Under the pieces are notes generated by a model. It did not search any database and was not told where the DNA came from. It saw only the letters and a list, made by a program, of their open reading frames with translations. Positions 18,272 to 26,057 of a stretch of 64,000 nucleotides of DNA are shown here, piece after piece; position 1 is the stretch's first letter, and every line of letters begins with the position of its first letter. This stretch comes from a virus. A program made the position numbers and the translations under genes. The stretch covers positions 1 to 64,000 of the IMG/VR virus record IMGVR_UViG_3300025701_000006. One strand, given 5' to 3'.

Positions 18272-18946
18272 ATGGAAACAATAGAGCCTATCCAAGTATC
18301 TTATAAACATACTAATGATGCTAAAACCGCTAAGGCCTGGCTAGATAGTCTACCAGATCTTTTTGCTGCTGACTTTGAAGCAGCTATTAGGTATACTAAA
18401 AAAGATATAGAAGAAGCTAAAGCTATTGTTGAAGATGAAAGCATACCTAAAATAGAAAGAATAGAAGCTAGTTCAATAGCAACTGCTACAGCATTAGGTC
18501 ATCCTTACCACTGTACCATTACACATTGCAGTATTGCGTACACGGAAAAAGACGCTTATGTCTTTATTATCGATGCACAACCTATAGCAGATGTTGTTCT
18601 TAACTTTCTAACATCTACTGTAAGAACGCAAGTATGGCATAATTACAGCTATGATGGCAGGCTAATAAGGTATTACGCAGACAAAGACGCTATTAATGTT
18701 GAAGATAGCCAAATATTTGCAAAAACTCTAATAAACCATGTAGATACTTTTAAAGCTAAAACAAGACTAAAAGATTTAATGGGGGAGTTCTACGGAGACT
18801 GGGCAATATCTGCTGATAACTTTACATTAGAACAGCAATATGAAGAACATGTACTGCATTATGCAGCTATAGACGCATGCGCAACGTTTAAACTATGGGA
18901 ATACCTAAATGATTTCGCAAAAGAAAACAAAATACAGTCCGCATGA
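18272..18946 (+). CDS. 3'-5' exonuclease domain of family A DNA polymerase, as a separate ORF
   Basis: ExoI ADFE, ExoII HNYSYD, ExoIII YAAIDA. Confidence 0.8.
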   Translation: METIEPIQVSYKHTNDAKTAKAWLDSLPDLFAADFEAAIRYTKKDIEEAKAIVEDESIPKIERIEASSIATATALGHPYHCTITHCSIAYTEKDAYVFIIDAQPIADVVLNFLTSTVRTQVWHNYSYDGRLIRYYADKDAINVEDSQIFAKTLINHVDTFKAKTRLKDLMGEFYGDWAISADNFTLEQQYEEHVLHYAAIDACATFKLWEYLNDFAKENKIQSA

Positions 18947-20744
18947 CCAGTTACCGGCACCAGAACCTAAAACAATAGAGTATGACGTAGATCACTTCTA
19001 CAAAAACACTGCTAGATACCTAGTTAAAGACACTGTGCGGGTTATGGACAACGGTTTAGCCATTGACTTGAACAAAGTTATTGAGCTAGAAGAAGTACTC
19101 GTAGAACAGCTTACAGAGGTAGATAAAGAACTAGCGTCTAATAAGTATATCGAACAGTATTTAAACCAACGCTATGCTACGCAAATAAAAGAGTATAAAA
19201 AAGACCGTAAATCTAAAATGCGTAATGCAGACTACTATTTAAAGGAATTTAAACCTTTTGATATGATGCATAGAAGTTACTTTATGGAAGAGTACGCAAG
19301 TGCTAAAGGCTGGAGTAAGCCCGAAGAAAAGCTTCCTACTGGTGTTAGTAAATGGCCTGCAAACCTTGTTAAAAAGTATGCAGCTACTAATAGGCTATTA
19401 AAATCTTTACTAGATAAGACTATACCACTAAATACACCAGCAGCTGTTAAAGCTATGGAAAAACTAGCCAAAGACAAAGCTGATATGTACAATCAAAAGT
19501 ACTTGGATCAGGTAAAGTCTCCTGATGTAAAATATCCAGTATTTAATCCGGCTTCTTCTACACAAAAACAAGAATTGTTTAAGATGCTAGGCTTTGTGTC
19601 ACAAAAAGTTTCTAAAAAAACAGGTTTACCTTCCTGGGACAGAGACGAAATAGAAAATATTAATAAATCTACTAGAGATGAGGATATAAAATCTTTTACT
19701 CAAAGTTTTATAGACCATTCTTTTGCTGCGATAGTAAAAAACAACTTTATTGCTGCTTTTTACAAATACACAGTACAAGGCAGATTATACGGCCAGTACA
19801 AACTTTTAGGTGCTAAAACAGGACGTTACACAAGCAGTAACCCTAACATGTTAAACATGCCTTCAACTAAATCTAGGTTTGCTAAACCTGTTAAAAAATG
19901 TTTTGTAGCACCAGAAGGTAAAATCATACTAGCTGCAGATTACAGTGCTTTGGAAGACAGAGTAATTGCATCTTTATCTAGGGATGTTAACAAATGTGAT
20001 ATATTCTTAAAGAATCTTGATGGTCATTCACTAAATGCACTAGGCTATTTTCTGCCAAGAATTGAAAACCTTATGGATATCACAGGAGATACACCTACTG
20101 ACGCTATTAATTTTAAAAAACTAGTGGACAGTGGTGATTCCGTAGCAGATGCAATTAGACAAGAATCTAAAGGTCCTACCTTTGGCTTGGCGTATGGTGC
20201 TTACCCACCTAAAATTGCTGCTACTCTAAAAATATCTTTAGAAGAAGCACAAGAAATCTTTGATAATTATCACAATGTACTGTATCCTGGTATAACAGAT
20301 TATAGACAAAACTACGTACTACCTACCGCAAAAACACAAGGTCAATTACATCTAGGATTAGGGTTTACCCTAAAAACAGACGACCCTGAAAAAGATATAC
20401 GTACGCTAGCTAACGCTACATGCCAGTTTTGGTCTATACTCACAGCATTAGTAATAAATAAAATGCATGTACTTATCGATCAGATAGGATACCAAGAAGA
20501 CGTAAAAGTAATATCAACTATATATGATTCAATATATTTTGAAGTTACAAACGACCCTAAAATAATTAAATGGGTTAACGATAATCTCATAGCTACTATG
20601 CTAGTAGATTTTATGGAAGATCAGACAGTTGTAAATGAAGCAGAAAGCGACATAGGTTTTAACTGGGCAGAAATGCTTACTATACCTAATAATGCTACTG
20701 TTGAATGTATTGAAGACACTTTAAAGAAACTACAAGAATTGTAG
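18909..20744 (+). CDS. family A DNA polymerase, polymerase domain
   Basis: TGRYTSSNPNMLNMP, motif A ADYSALEDRV, motif B RQESKGPTFGLAYG, motif C IYDSIYFE. Confidence 0.92.
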   Translation: MISQKKTKYSPHDQLPAPEPKTIEYDVDHFYKNTARYLVKDTVRVMDNGLAIDLNKVIELEEVLVEQLTEVDKELASNKYIEQYLNQRYATQIKEYKKDRKSKMRNADYYLKEFKPFDMMHRSYFMEEYASAKGWSKPEEKLPTGVSKWPANLVKKYAATNRLLKSLLDKTIPLNTPAAVKAMEKLAKDKADMYNQKYLDQVKSPDVKYPVFNPASSTQKQELFKMLGFVSQKVSKKTGLPSWDRDEIENINKSTRDEDIKSFTQSFIDHSFAAIVKNNFIAAFYKYTVQGRLYGQYKLLGAKTGRYTSSNPNMLNMPSTKSRFAKPVKKCFVAPEGKIILAADYSALEDRVIASLSRDVNKCDIFLKNLDGHSLNALGYFLPRIENLMDITGDTPTDAINFKKLVDSGDSVADAIRQESKGPTFGLAYGAYPPKIAATLKISLEEAQEIFDNYHNVLYPGITDYRQNYVLPTAKTQGQLHLGLGFTLKTDDPEKDIRTLANATCQFWSILTALVINKMHVLIDQIGYQEDVKVISTIYDSIYFEVTNDPKIIKWVNDNLIATMLVDFMEDQTVVNEAESDIGFNWAEMLTIPNNATVECIEDTLKKLQEL

Positions 20745-20757
20745 AATTTATTCTAAA

Positions 20758-20960
20758 GAGCAGGGTGCCTTCCTACCTTTTTAGCCTTTCCGGTGGGGTG
20801 TGCTCGCTAATCACCGGACTTAATTTACCTGGTGGTAACTTAGCAAGGGGGGAGACCTCCTATTAGCCTTACTAATGGGGTGCTAGATAAACATTAGACG
20901 AGCAAGGTTCATAATACCTATTCCGCCTTCCCAGTGGGGTGCTCAATAATCACTGGGACT
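20758..20960 (+). ncRNA. three tandem copies of an unassigned structured element (three-way junction plus pseudoknot)
   Basis: Units 20758-20820, 20840-20899 and 20900-20960 show compensatory changes in three helices, a GAGA tetraloop and G-U pairs on the + strand. Confidence 0.7.
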
Positions 20961-20977
20961 AATTTAGGAGCTATACC

Positions 20978-21388
20978 ATTAAAATAGAATTACCAATTTA
21001 CTGGACACAAGAGTTCAAGACTAAAAACGACAAAACCGTTTTAGTAGGTATGAACTGGTACCGTAATGCGTTTTACCACGCACAAAACAAAATGAAAAAA
21101 GACTTCCAAGAACTAGTATATAAACAGCTAGGTGACGAAGTTATTAGTGATCAATTTACCTTAGATATAGGTATATATTACAAAAACGCTTCTTGCGATG
21201 GTGCTAACATAGCAGCACTAATAGAAAAATTTACCCTAGATGCGCTTCAAGAGAACAAAACTGTGGTTAACGACAACGTTAAATACCATGTAGGTAGTTC
21301 CTGGAAAATATTAGGGCAAGATAAAAATAATCCGAGATGCGAAATCTCGATAACAAAAAAATTAACAGAGGAGACTTTAAGTGCTTGA
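20978..21388 (+). CDS. RusA-like Holliday junction resolvase, probable ATT start
   Basis: MNWYRNA, CDGANI...DAL...DN, DKNNPRCEI; AGGAG SD 7 nt before an in-frame ATT at 20978. Confidence 0.75.
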   Translation: MKIELPIYWTQEFKTKNDKTVLVGMNWYRNAFYHAQNKMKKDFQELVYKQLGDEVISDQFTLDIGIYYKNASCDGANIAALIEKFTLDALQENKTVVNDNVKYHVGSSWKILGQDKNNPRCEISITKKLTEETLSA

Positions 21389-23108
21389 TTTTGCAAAAGA
21401 GCTACTTAAGAAACATTATTGTAAGCCCAATGAATCTATTCATGAAGCTTTTAAACGAGCTAGTGACTGCTACGCTACTGACCAAGAGCAAAGTGAACGA
21501 ATACAAGACTATCTTAAGAAAGAATGGTTTATGTTTAGTTCGCCTATTCTAAGTAACGCACCAGCAAAAGGTGAAAAAACTAAAGGCTTGCCTATTAGTT
21601 GTTTTTTAACCTATGTACCAGACTCTATCAAAGGTCTATGCGATCATACTACTGAAGAACGATACTTATCGGTCAAAGGTGGTGGCGTAGGCGGACACTG
21701 GTCTGATGTAAGATCTATCTCTGATAAGACCCCAGGCGTTAATGGCTTTTTGCATACCGTCGATGCAGATATGGTGGCCTATCGTCAAGGTAAAACTCGT
21801 AGAGGCAGCTATGCTGCATACTTGGATGTTAGTCATCCAGAGATCATCGAGTTTATTAAAATGCGTACTCCTACTGGAGATCTTAACCGTAAGAACCTAA
21901 ACCTTCATCACGGTGTAAATATTACTGACGCTTTTCTTGAAGCAGTCAATGATGATTTAGAATGGTCTCTAATAGATACACATAATGGGGAAGTAGTAGA
22001 AACTGTACGTGCTCGTCATATATGGGAAGAGATTTTAACAACTCGATTCCGTACTGGCGAACCATACATTAACTACCTAGACGAAGCAAATCGCAAAATG
22101 CACCCAGCGTTACAGAACCTAGGTCTTAAGATCCACGGCAGTAACCTGTGTAACGAAATCCATTTACCAACAAACAAAGATCGTTCAGCAGTATGCTGTT
22201 TATCATCTGTCAACCTAGCTAAGTTTGACGAATGGAAAGACAATCCTGTGTTTATTGGTGACCTTATCGAATTGTTAGACAATGTTTTACAGTTCTTTAT
22301 TGACCATGCTCCAGACGCTTTAGAAAAAACACGATACTCCGCTATCCGTGAACGTTCTTTAGGCCTAGGTGCTATGGGTTTCCATGACTATTTAATGCAG
22401 CACTCTATTCCTTTTGAAAGTAGTTTAGCAATATCTATTAACAAAAAGATGTTTAGCAGTATTAAAAAGCAAGCAATAGCGAAGACTAAGGAACTAGCTG
22501 TGCTACGTGGCGAAGCTCCAGACGCTGTAGGTTACGGTGTACGAAACACTCATTTATTAGCTATTGCCCCCAACGCAAATAGCTCAATTATCTTAGGTGT
22601 TAGCCCATCTATCGAACCAAGAGCATCTAACTGCTACACCCACAAAACACGAGTTGGCAGCTTCTTAGTCAAAAACCCTTCACTAATCGCTGTACTAGAT
22701 ACATATAATCGAAATACAGAAGATACGTGGAAATCTATCATGAAAAGTGATGGCTCTGTACAGCACTTAGACTTTTTATCTGCAGAAGAAAAAGACGTAT
22801 TTAAAACTGCGTTCGAGATTGACCAAAACTGGGTAGTCGAAATGGCTCGTAGCCGTCAAGAATACCTATGCCAAGGACAATCTGTTAATATCTTTTTCCC
22901 TGCCGGTGCTACTAAAGGCTATGTAAATGCTGTGCACAGACGTGCTTTTAGACCTGCTGATGATGTAGGTGAACCACTGAAAGGTGTGTATTACTTACGT
23001 ACAGAAGCAAGTAAAAAGACTGAAAAGATTAACGTTAAAGTAGAGCGTAATGCTCTTAAAGATGGCGTACAAGGCTCTTTAGACGCCTGTATCGCATGTG
23101 AGGGATAA
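21381..23108 (+). CDS. nrdA: class I ribonucleotide reductase alpha subunit, no ATP cone
   Basis: PISCF, SNLCNEI, VCCLSS, AIAPNANSS, YYLRT, C-terminal CIACEG; GTG start. Confidence 0.95.
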   Translation: MLDFAKELLKKHYCKPNESIHEAFKRASDCYATDQEQSERIQDYLKKEWFMFSSPILSNAPAKGEKTKGLPISCFLTYVPDSIKGLCDHTTEERYLSVKGGGVGGHWSDVRSISDKTPGVNGFLHTVDADMVAYRQGKTRRGSYAAYLDVSHPEIIEFIKMRTPTGDLNRKNLNLHHGVNITDAFLEAVNDDLEWSLIDTHNGEVVETVRARHIWEEILTTRFRTGEPYINYLDEANRKMHPALQNLGLKIHGSNLCNEIHLPTNKDRSAVCCLSSVNLAKFDEWKDNPVFIGDLIELLDNVLQFFIDHAPDALEKTRYSAIRERSLGLGAMGFHDYLMQHSIPFESSLAISINKKMFSSIKKQAIAKTKELAVLRGEAPDAVGYGVRNTHLLAIAPNANSSIILGVSPSIEPRASNCYTHKTRVGSFLVKNPSLIAVLDTYNRNTEDTWKSIMKSDGSVQHLDFLSAEEKDVFKTAFEIDQNWVVEMARSRQEYLCQGQSVNIFFPAGATKGYVNAVHRRAFRPADDVGEPLKGVYYLRTEASKKTEKINVKVERNALKDGVQGSLDACIACEG

Positions 23109-23112
23109 GATT

Positions 23113-24042
23113 ATGTTACAAGAATTAAGCAGAACGTATAAGCCATTACGATATCCACAAGCTGAAGAGTATCGCCTTCAGTCTGAAGACATCCATTGGG
23201 TTGTAAAAGAAGTCGAAATGAGTAAAGATTTAGAAGATTATAAATCTGCTTCCCCAGAGGAAAAAGAATTTATTAAAAACATTTTATCTATCTTTACACA
23301 ATCAGACTTTAATGTTGCCGCAAACTATTTGCCTTTAATCAATAAGATTAAAAACAATGAAGTACGTGGCATGCTGACTAGTTTTATGGCGCGTGAGTTT
23401 ATCCACCAAGAAGGTTACGCACACCTTAACGAATCTTTAGGTTTTCCAGATAGTTACTACTCTGATTTTTTAAAACATCAAGAAACCTTAGAAAAAGACT
23501 CTTACATGGCAACTACCACGTTTGAAAGCTTCGGCTTAAAACTGGCTAAAGGTATTCTGCTTGAAGGTGTTAGCCTCTTTGGTGCTTTTGTATTACTTAA
23601 GAACTATGAGCGAGTAGGAAAGTACCTAGGTACCTGTACAATTAATGAGTGGTCTTTACGTGATGAATCTCTTCACGTTGAAGGCAACGCATGGCTGTTT
23701 CGTACCTGGTGCCAAGAAAACCCGAAAGAAGTGAATGACTCTTTTAAAAAGCACATTTACACGATGGCTCGTGAAATTGTAGAACTTGAAAAAAAGTTTA
23801 TTGACTTTGCATACGGTGACTATCAACCTCCTAAGTTAGACAAAGAAGATGTAAAAAAGTATATCGAGTTTATAACCGATAGACGTTTATTACAACTAGG
23901 CCTTAAGCCGAATTTTGGTTGTTCTACTAATCCACTACCCTGGATGGATGAATTAAACAACGGAAGTTCGCATGCCAACTTCTTCGAAAAACGTGTAACT
24001 GATTACGCAGTTGCAGGGATGGAAGGTGATTTTACTTACTAA
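23113..24042 (+). CDS. nrdB: class I ribonucleotide reductase beta subunit
   Basis: FTQSD, EFIHQEGY, EGVSLF, RDESLH, NFFEKRVTDY. Confidence 0.95.
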   Translation: MLQELSRTYKPLRYPQAEEYRLQSEDIHWVVKEVEMSKDLEDYKSASPEEKEFIKNILSIFTQSDFNVAANYLPLINKIKNNEVRGMLTSFMAREFIHQEGYAHLNESLGFPDSYYSDFLKHQETLEKDSYMATTTFESFGLKLAKGILLEGVSLFGAFVLLKNYERVGKYLGTCTINEWSLRDESLHVEGNAWLFRTWCQENPKEVNDSFKKHIYTMAREIVELEKKFIDFAYGDYQPPKLDKEDVKKYIEFITDRRLLQLGLKPNFGCSTNPLPWMDELNNGSSHANFFEKRVTDYAVAGMEGDFTY

Positions 24043-24063
24043 AGTAAACCACAACAGGTAAAG

Positions 24064-24087
24064 AAGGGGGCATTAGCCTCCTTTTTT
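24064..24087 (+). terminator. intrinsic terminator after nrdB
   Basis: AAGGGGGC-atta-GCCTCCTTTTTT. Confidence 0.75.
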
Positions 24088-24110
24088 GTCTACTTTAGCG
24101 GAGAGCTGTA

Positions 24111-24392
24111 ATGACTAACAAATTCCATACAAGAGCTAATTTAAGTCAAGCGTTGTACAGTATTATACAACAACACTATACAAGTATGGCTGCTCAAGAA
24201 CAGATCATACCAAACACACTACCAGGCTTTGTATCAGAGGCTACACATCTTATGTGCTATGAACTAGCTGGTATAATAAACGATAACCTCTATGACATTA
24301 ATAGATGGGAAAATATAAAAACATACTGTGACGAAGTATTAACAGTAATTAACGAAGCAACCAAACAATCAACAAAAACAAAGGAAGAATAA
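24111..24392 (+). CDS. hypothetical protein
   Basis: 93 aa with GGAG SD. Confidence 0.6.
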   Translation: MTNKFHTRANLSQALYSIIQQHYTSMAAQEQIIPNTLPGFVSEATHLMCYELAGIINDNLYDINRWENIKTYCDEVLTVINEATKQSTKTKEE

Positions 24393-24393
24393 C

Positions 24394-24972
24394 ATGTCAG
24401 ATTTAGCAATTTTTGAATTACCAAAAGAACCAACCCGTATTTGGGATTTATCAGTACCTGTAGTAACAAAAGGCAACGTTACGCAAGCATTTTTATCCAG
24501 TGCTATCGAAGATCCTAGCGAATACAATGAGCTATGCTACTTACTGCGTACAGCAGAAGAAGGTACTACAGTAATGCTTCACTTAAATACCCCTGGAGGT
24601 ATTATCGATTCAGCATTCATGATTGCCGATGCAATTATCAACTCAAAAGCACAAGTAGTGGCTAGGTTATCTGGTACTGTAGCGTCTGCAGGTACTATTA
24701 TAGCTATGGCTTGTGATGATGTAGAAACTAGTGCTCATTTATCTTTCATGATTCACAACTACTCCGGTGGTATGGCAGGTAAAGGTCATGAAATGAAAGC
24801 TAGGCAGAAGTTTACTGATGACCACTTGAATGACGCTTTTAAAGACTTTTATGCAGGATTCTTAAACGAAGAAGAAATGGATAAAGTAATTGAAGGTACA
24901 GACCTTTGGATGGGCACAGCAGAAGTAGCCGAACGTTGGGAACAGCGTAAAATCTATTTACAAGGGGAATAG
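24394..24972 (+). CDS. ClpP-like serine protease
   Basis: LNTPGG, VASAGT (catalytic Ser), FMIHNYS (catalytic His), DLWM. Confidence 0.85.
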   Translation: MSDLAIFELPKEPTRIWDLSVPVVTKGNVTQAFLSSAIEDPSEYNELCYLLRTAEEGTTVMLHLNTPGGIIDSAFMIADAIINSKAQVVARLSGTVASAGTIIAMACDDVETSAHLSFMIHNYSGGMAGKGHEMKARQKFTDDHLNDAFKDFYAGFLNEEEMDKVIEGTDLWMGTAEVAERWEQRKIYLQGE

Positions 24973-24973
24973 T

Positions 24974-25198
24974 ATGAATCCAGAAGATTCACAATCAATA
25001 CTACAAGAGTTTTTAAATCCTCTTACAGATATGACAAAAGGAGAGGACATAGAACTAATGCCTTCTACAGATGAAACAAAGTACTTTAATACCCGAGACT
25101 TGATTATGCGGCACATTGACGGTTTACTGCGTCAGCCTAAACTTAGTTCTGGCCAAGTAGAGCTCCTAAAAGCTCTTCTAAGCACTATTAAAGTATAG
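24974..25198 (+). CDS. hypothetical protein
   Basis: 74 aa coupled ORF. Confidence 0.55.
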   Translation: MNPEDSQSILQEFLNPLTDMTKGEDIELMPSTDETKYFNTRDLIMRHIDGLLRQPKLSSGQVELLKALLSTIKV

Positions 25199-25207
25199 GA
25201 GGACGTA

Positions 25208-25555
25208 ATGGACCCTATAGAAGGTATTGTACAGTTTAACCTTGATAGAGGCCTTGTAGACTTTTGTCCTAAGGCAGAGTGTAAAATGCTGTTTGAAGAA
25301 CTCCAAGAGTTCATTACAGCAGCTGCGCAACATGACACACCTGAGATGGTTGACGCTTTATGTGATGCTGTTGTAGTAGCAGTTGGAGGGCTTAGTAAAC
25401 TAGGCTACGCTCCTGACACGGCCCTACAAGAGACTGTAAAAGAGATAAGAAGCCGTAATGGCTCTTTTAATAGTGATACAGGCAAGTGGGAAAAAGATCG
25501 CAACCAAGATCCGTCTACCCTATATAAAGCAGATTACACAAAAGCTAAGAGGTGA
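25208..25555 (+). CDS. MazG-like/PRA-PH all-alpha NTP pyrophosphohydrolase
   Basis: EELQEF...EMVDALCD metal-binding helices, GKWEK. Confidence 0.75.
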   Translation: MDPIEGIVQFNLDRGLVDFCPKAECKMLFEELQEFITAAAQHDTPEMVDALCDAVVVAVGGLSKLGYAPDTALQETVKEIRSRNGSFNSDTGKWEKDRNQDPSTLYKADYTKAKR

Positions 25556-25558
25556 TCT

Positions 25559-25885
25559 ATGGAATTTTTAATAATAGGTATAGTGTCTGCCTTAAACTTG
25601 ATAGTTATTGTACACAAGTTTAAAAAAGGCAGAGTAGAAGATGGTATATTTGATTCTATTCTATTTGGGTTAATGGCTACAATGTTTGCAGGATCTTACG
25701 GAGGTATGGTAGTTGCAATGGTAGCATCATTGATTATTTCAATATACTTATGGGCTAGTCCACCTAAGTTTTTTAAATCTTTTATAAAAAGTGAAGATGT
25801 CCAGTCTGTACTAAAAGATATAAAATCTACTGTACCTACTAGTAACACTAAACATAAAAACATTAAGGACCTAAATTTTGATTAA
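25559..25885 (+). CDS. membrane protein (about 3 TM; holin candidate)
   Basis: Three hydrophobic segments and a basic C-terminal tail. Confidence 0.6.
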   Translation: MEFLIIGIVSALNLIVIVHKFKKGRVEDGIFDSILFGLMATMFAGSYGGMVVAMVASLIISIYLWASPPKFFKSFIKSEDVQSVLKDIKSTVPTSNTKHKNIKDLNFD

Positions 25886-26057
25886 GTCTATCTTCCAGGC
25901 TATCGGAATTGTTTTTGTGTGTGTGCTGTTAGTAGTACTAACTATTGCTACAATGTACTTAAGTTACATACTAGGCATAGGCTTCATGCTTATATGCCTA
26001 GTAGGTATTACTTATTACTTGCTAAGACTATTTAGTCCCAAAAACATCCATACCTAA
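25878..26057 (+). CDS. small 2-TM membrane protein (59 aa, TTG start, not in ORF track)
   Basis: AAGGA SD; MIKSIFQAIGIVFVCVLLVVLTIATMYLSYILGIGFMLICLVGITYYLLRLFSPKNIHT. Confidence 0.55.
   Translation: MIKSIFQAIGIVFVCVLLVVLTIATMYLSYILGIGFMLICLVGITYYLLRLFSPKNIHT

Noticed and set aside
20758-20960. CRISPR mini-array or HDV-like (theta) ribozymes as the explanation of the tandem elements
   Set aside because: The variable parts are short and pair within each unit, so they are not spacers. The HDV fold needs the strand 5' of P3 to pair with the 3' end; here the 3' end pairs with the P3 loop, and GCTAA is present only in unit 1.
16828-24042. Inteins, introns or homing endonucleases in helicase, polymerase or RNR genes
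   Set aside because: Motif spacing and protein lengths are compact, and no splice-junction, LAGLIDADG or HNH motifs were seen.
899-25555. Modified-base pathway (dZ, 7-deazaguanine, hmC/hmU) suggested by the kinase-like, MazG-like and phosphoesterase genes
   Set aside because: No PurZ, Que/DpdA or hydroxymethylase gene is recognisable in the window; ThyX plus RNR fit normal dNTP supply.
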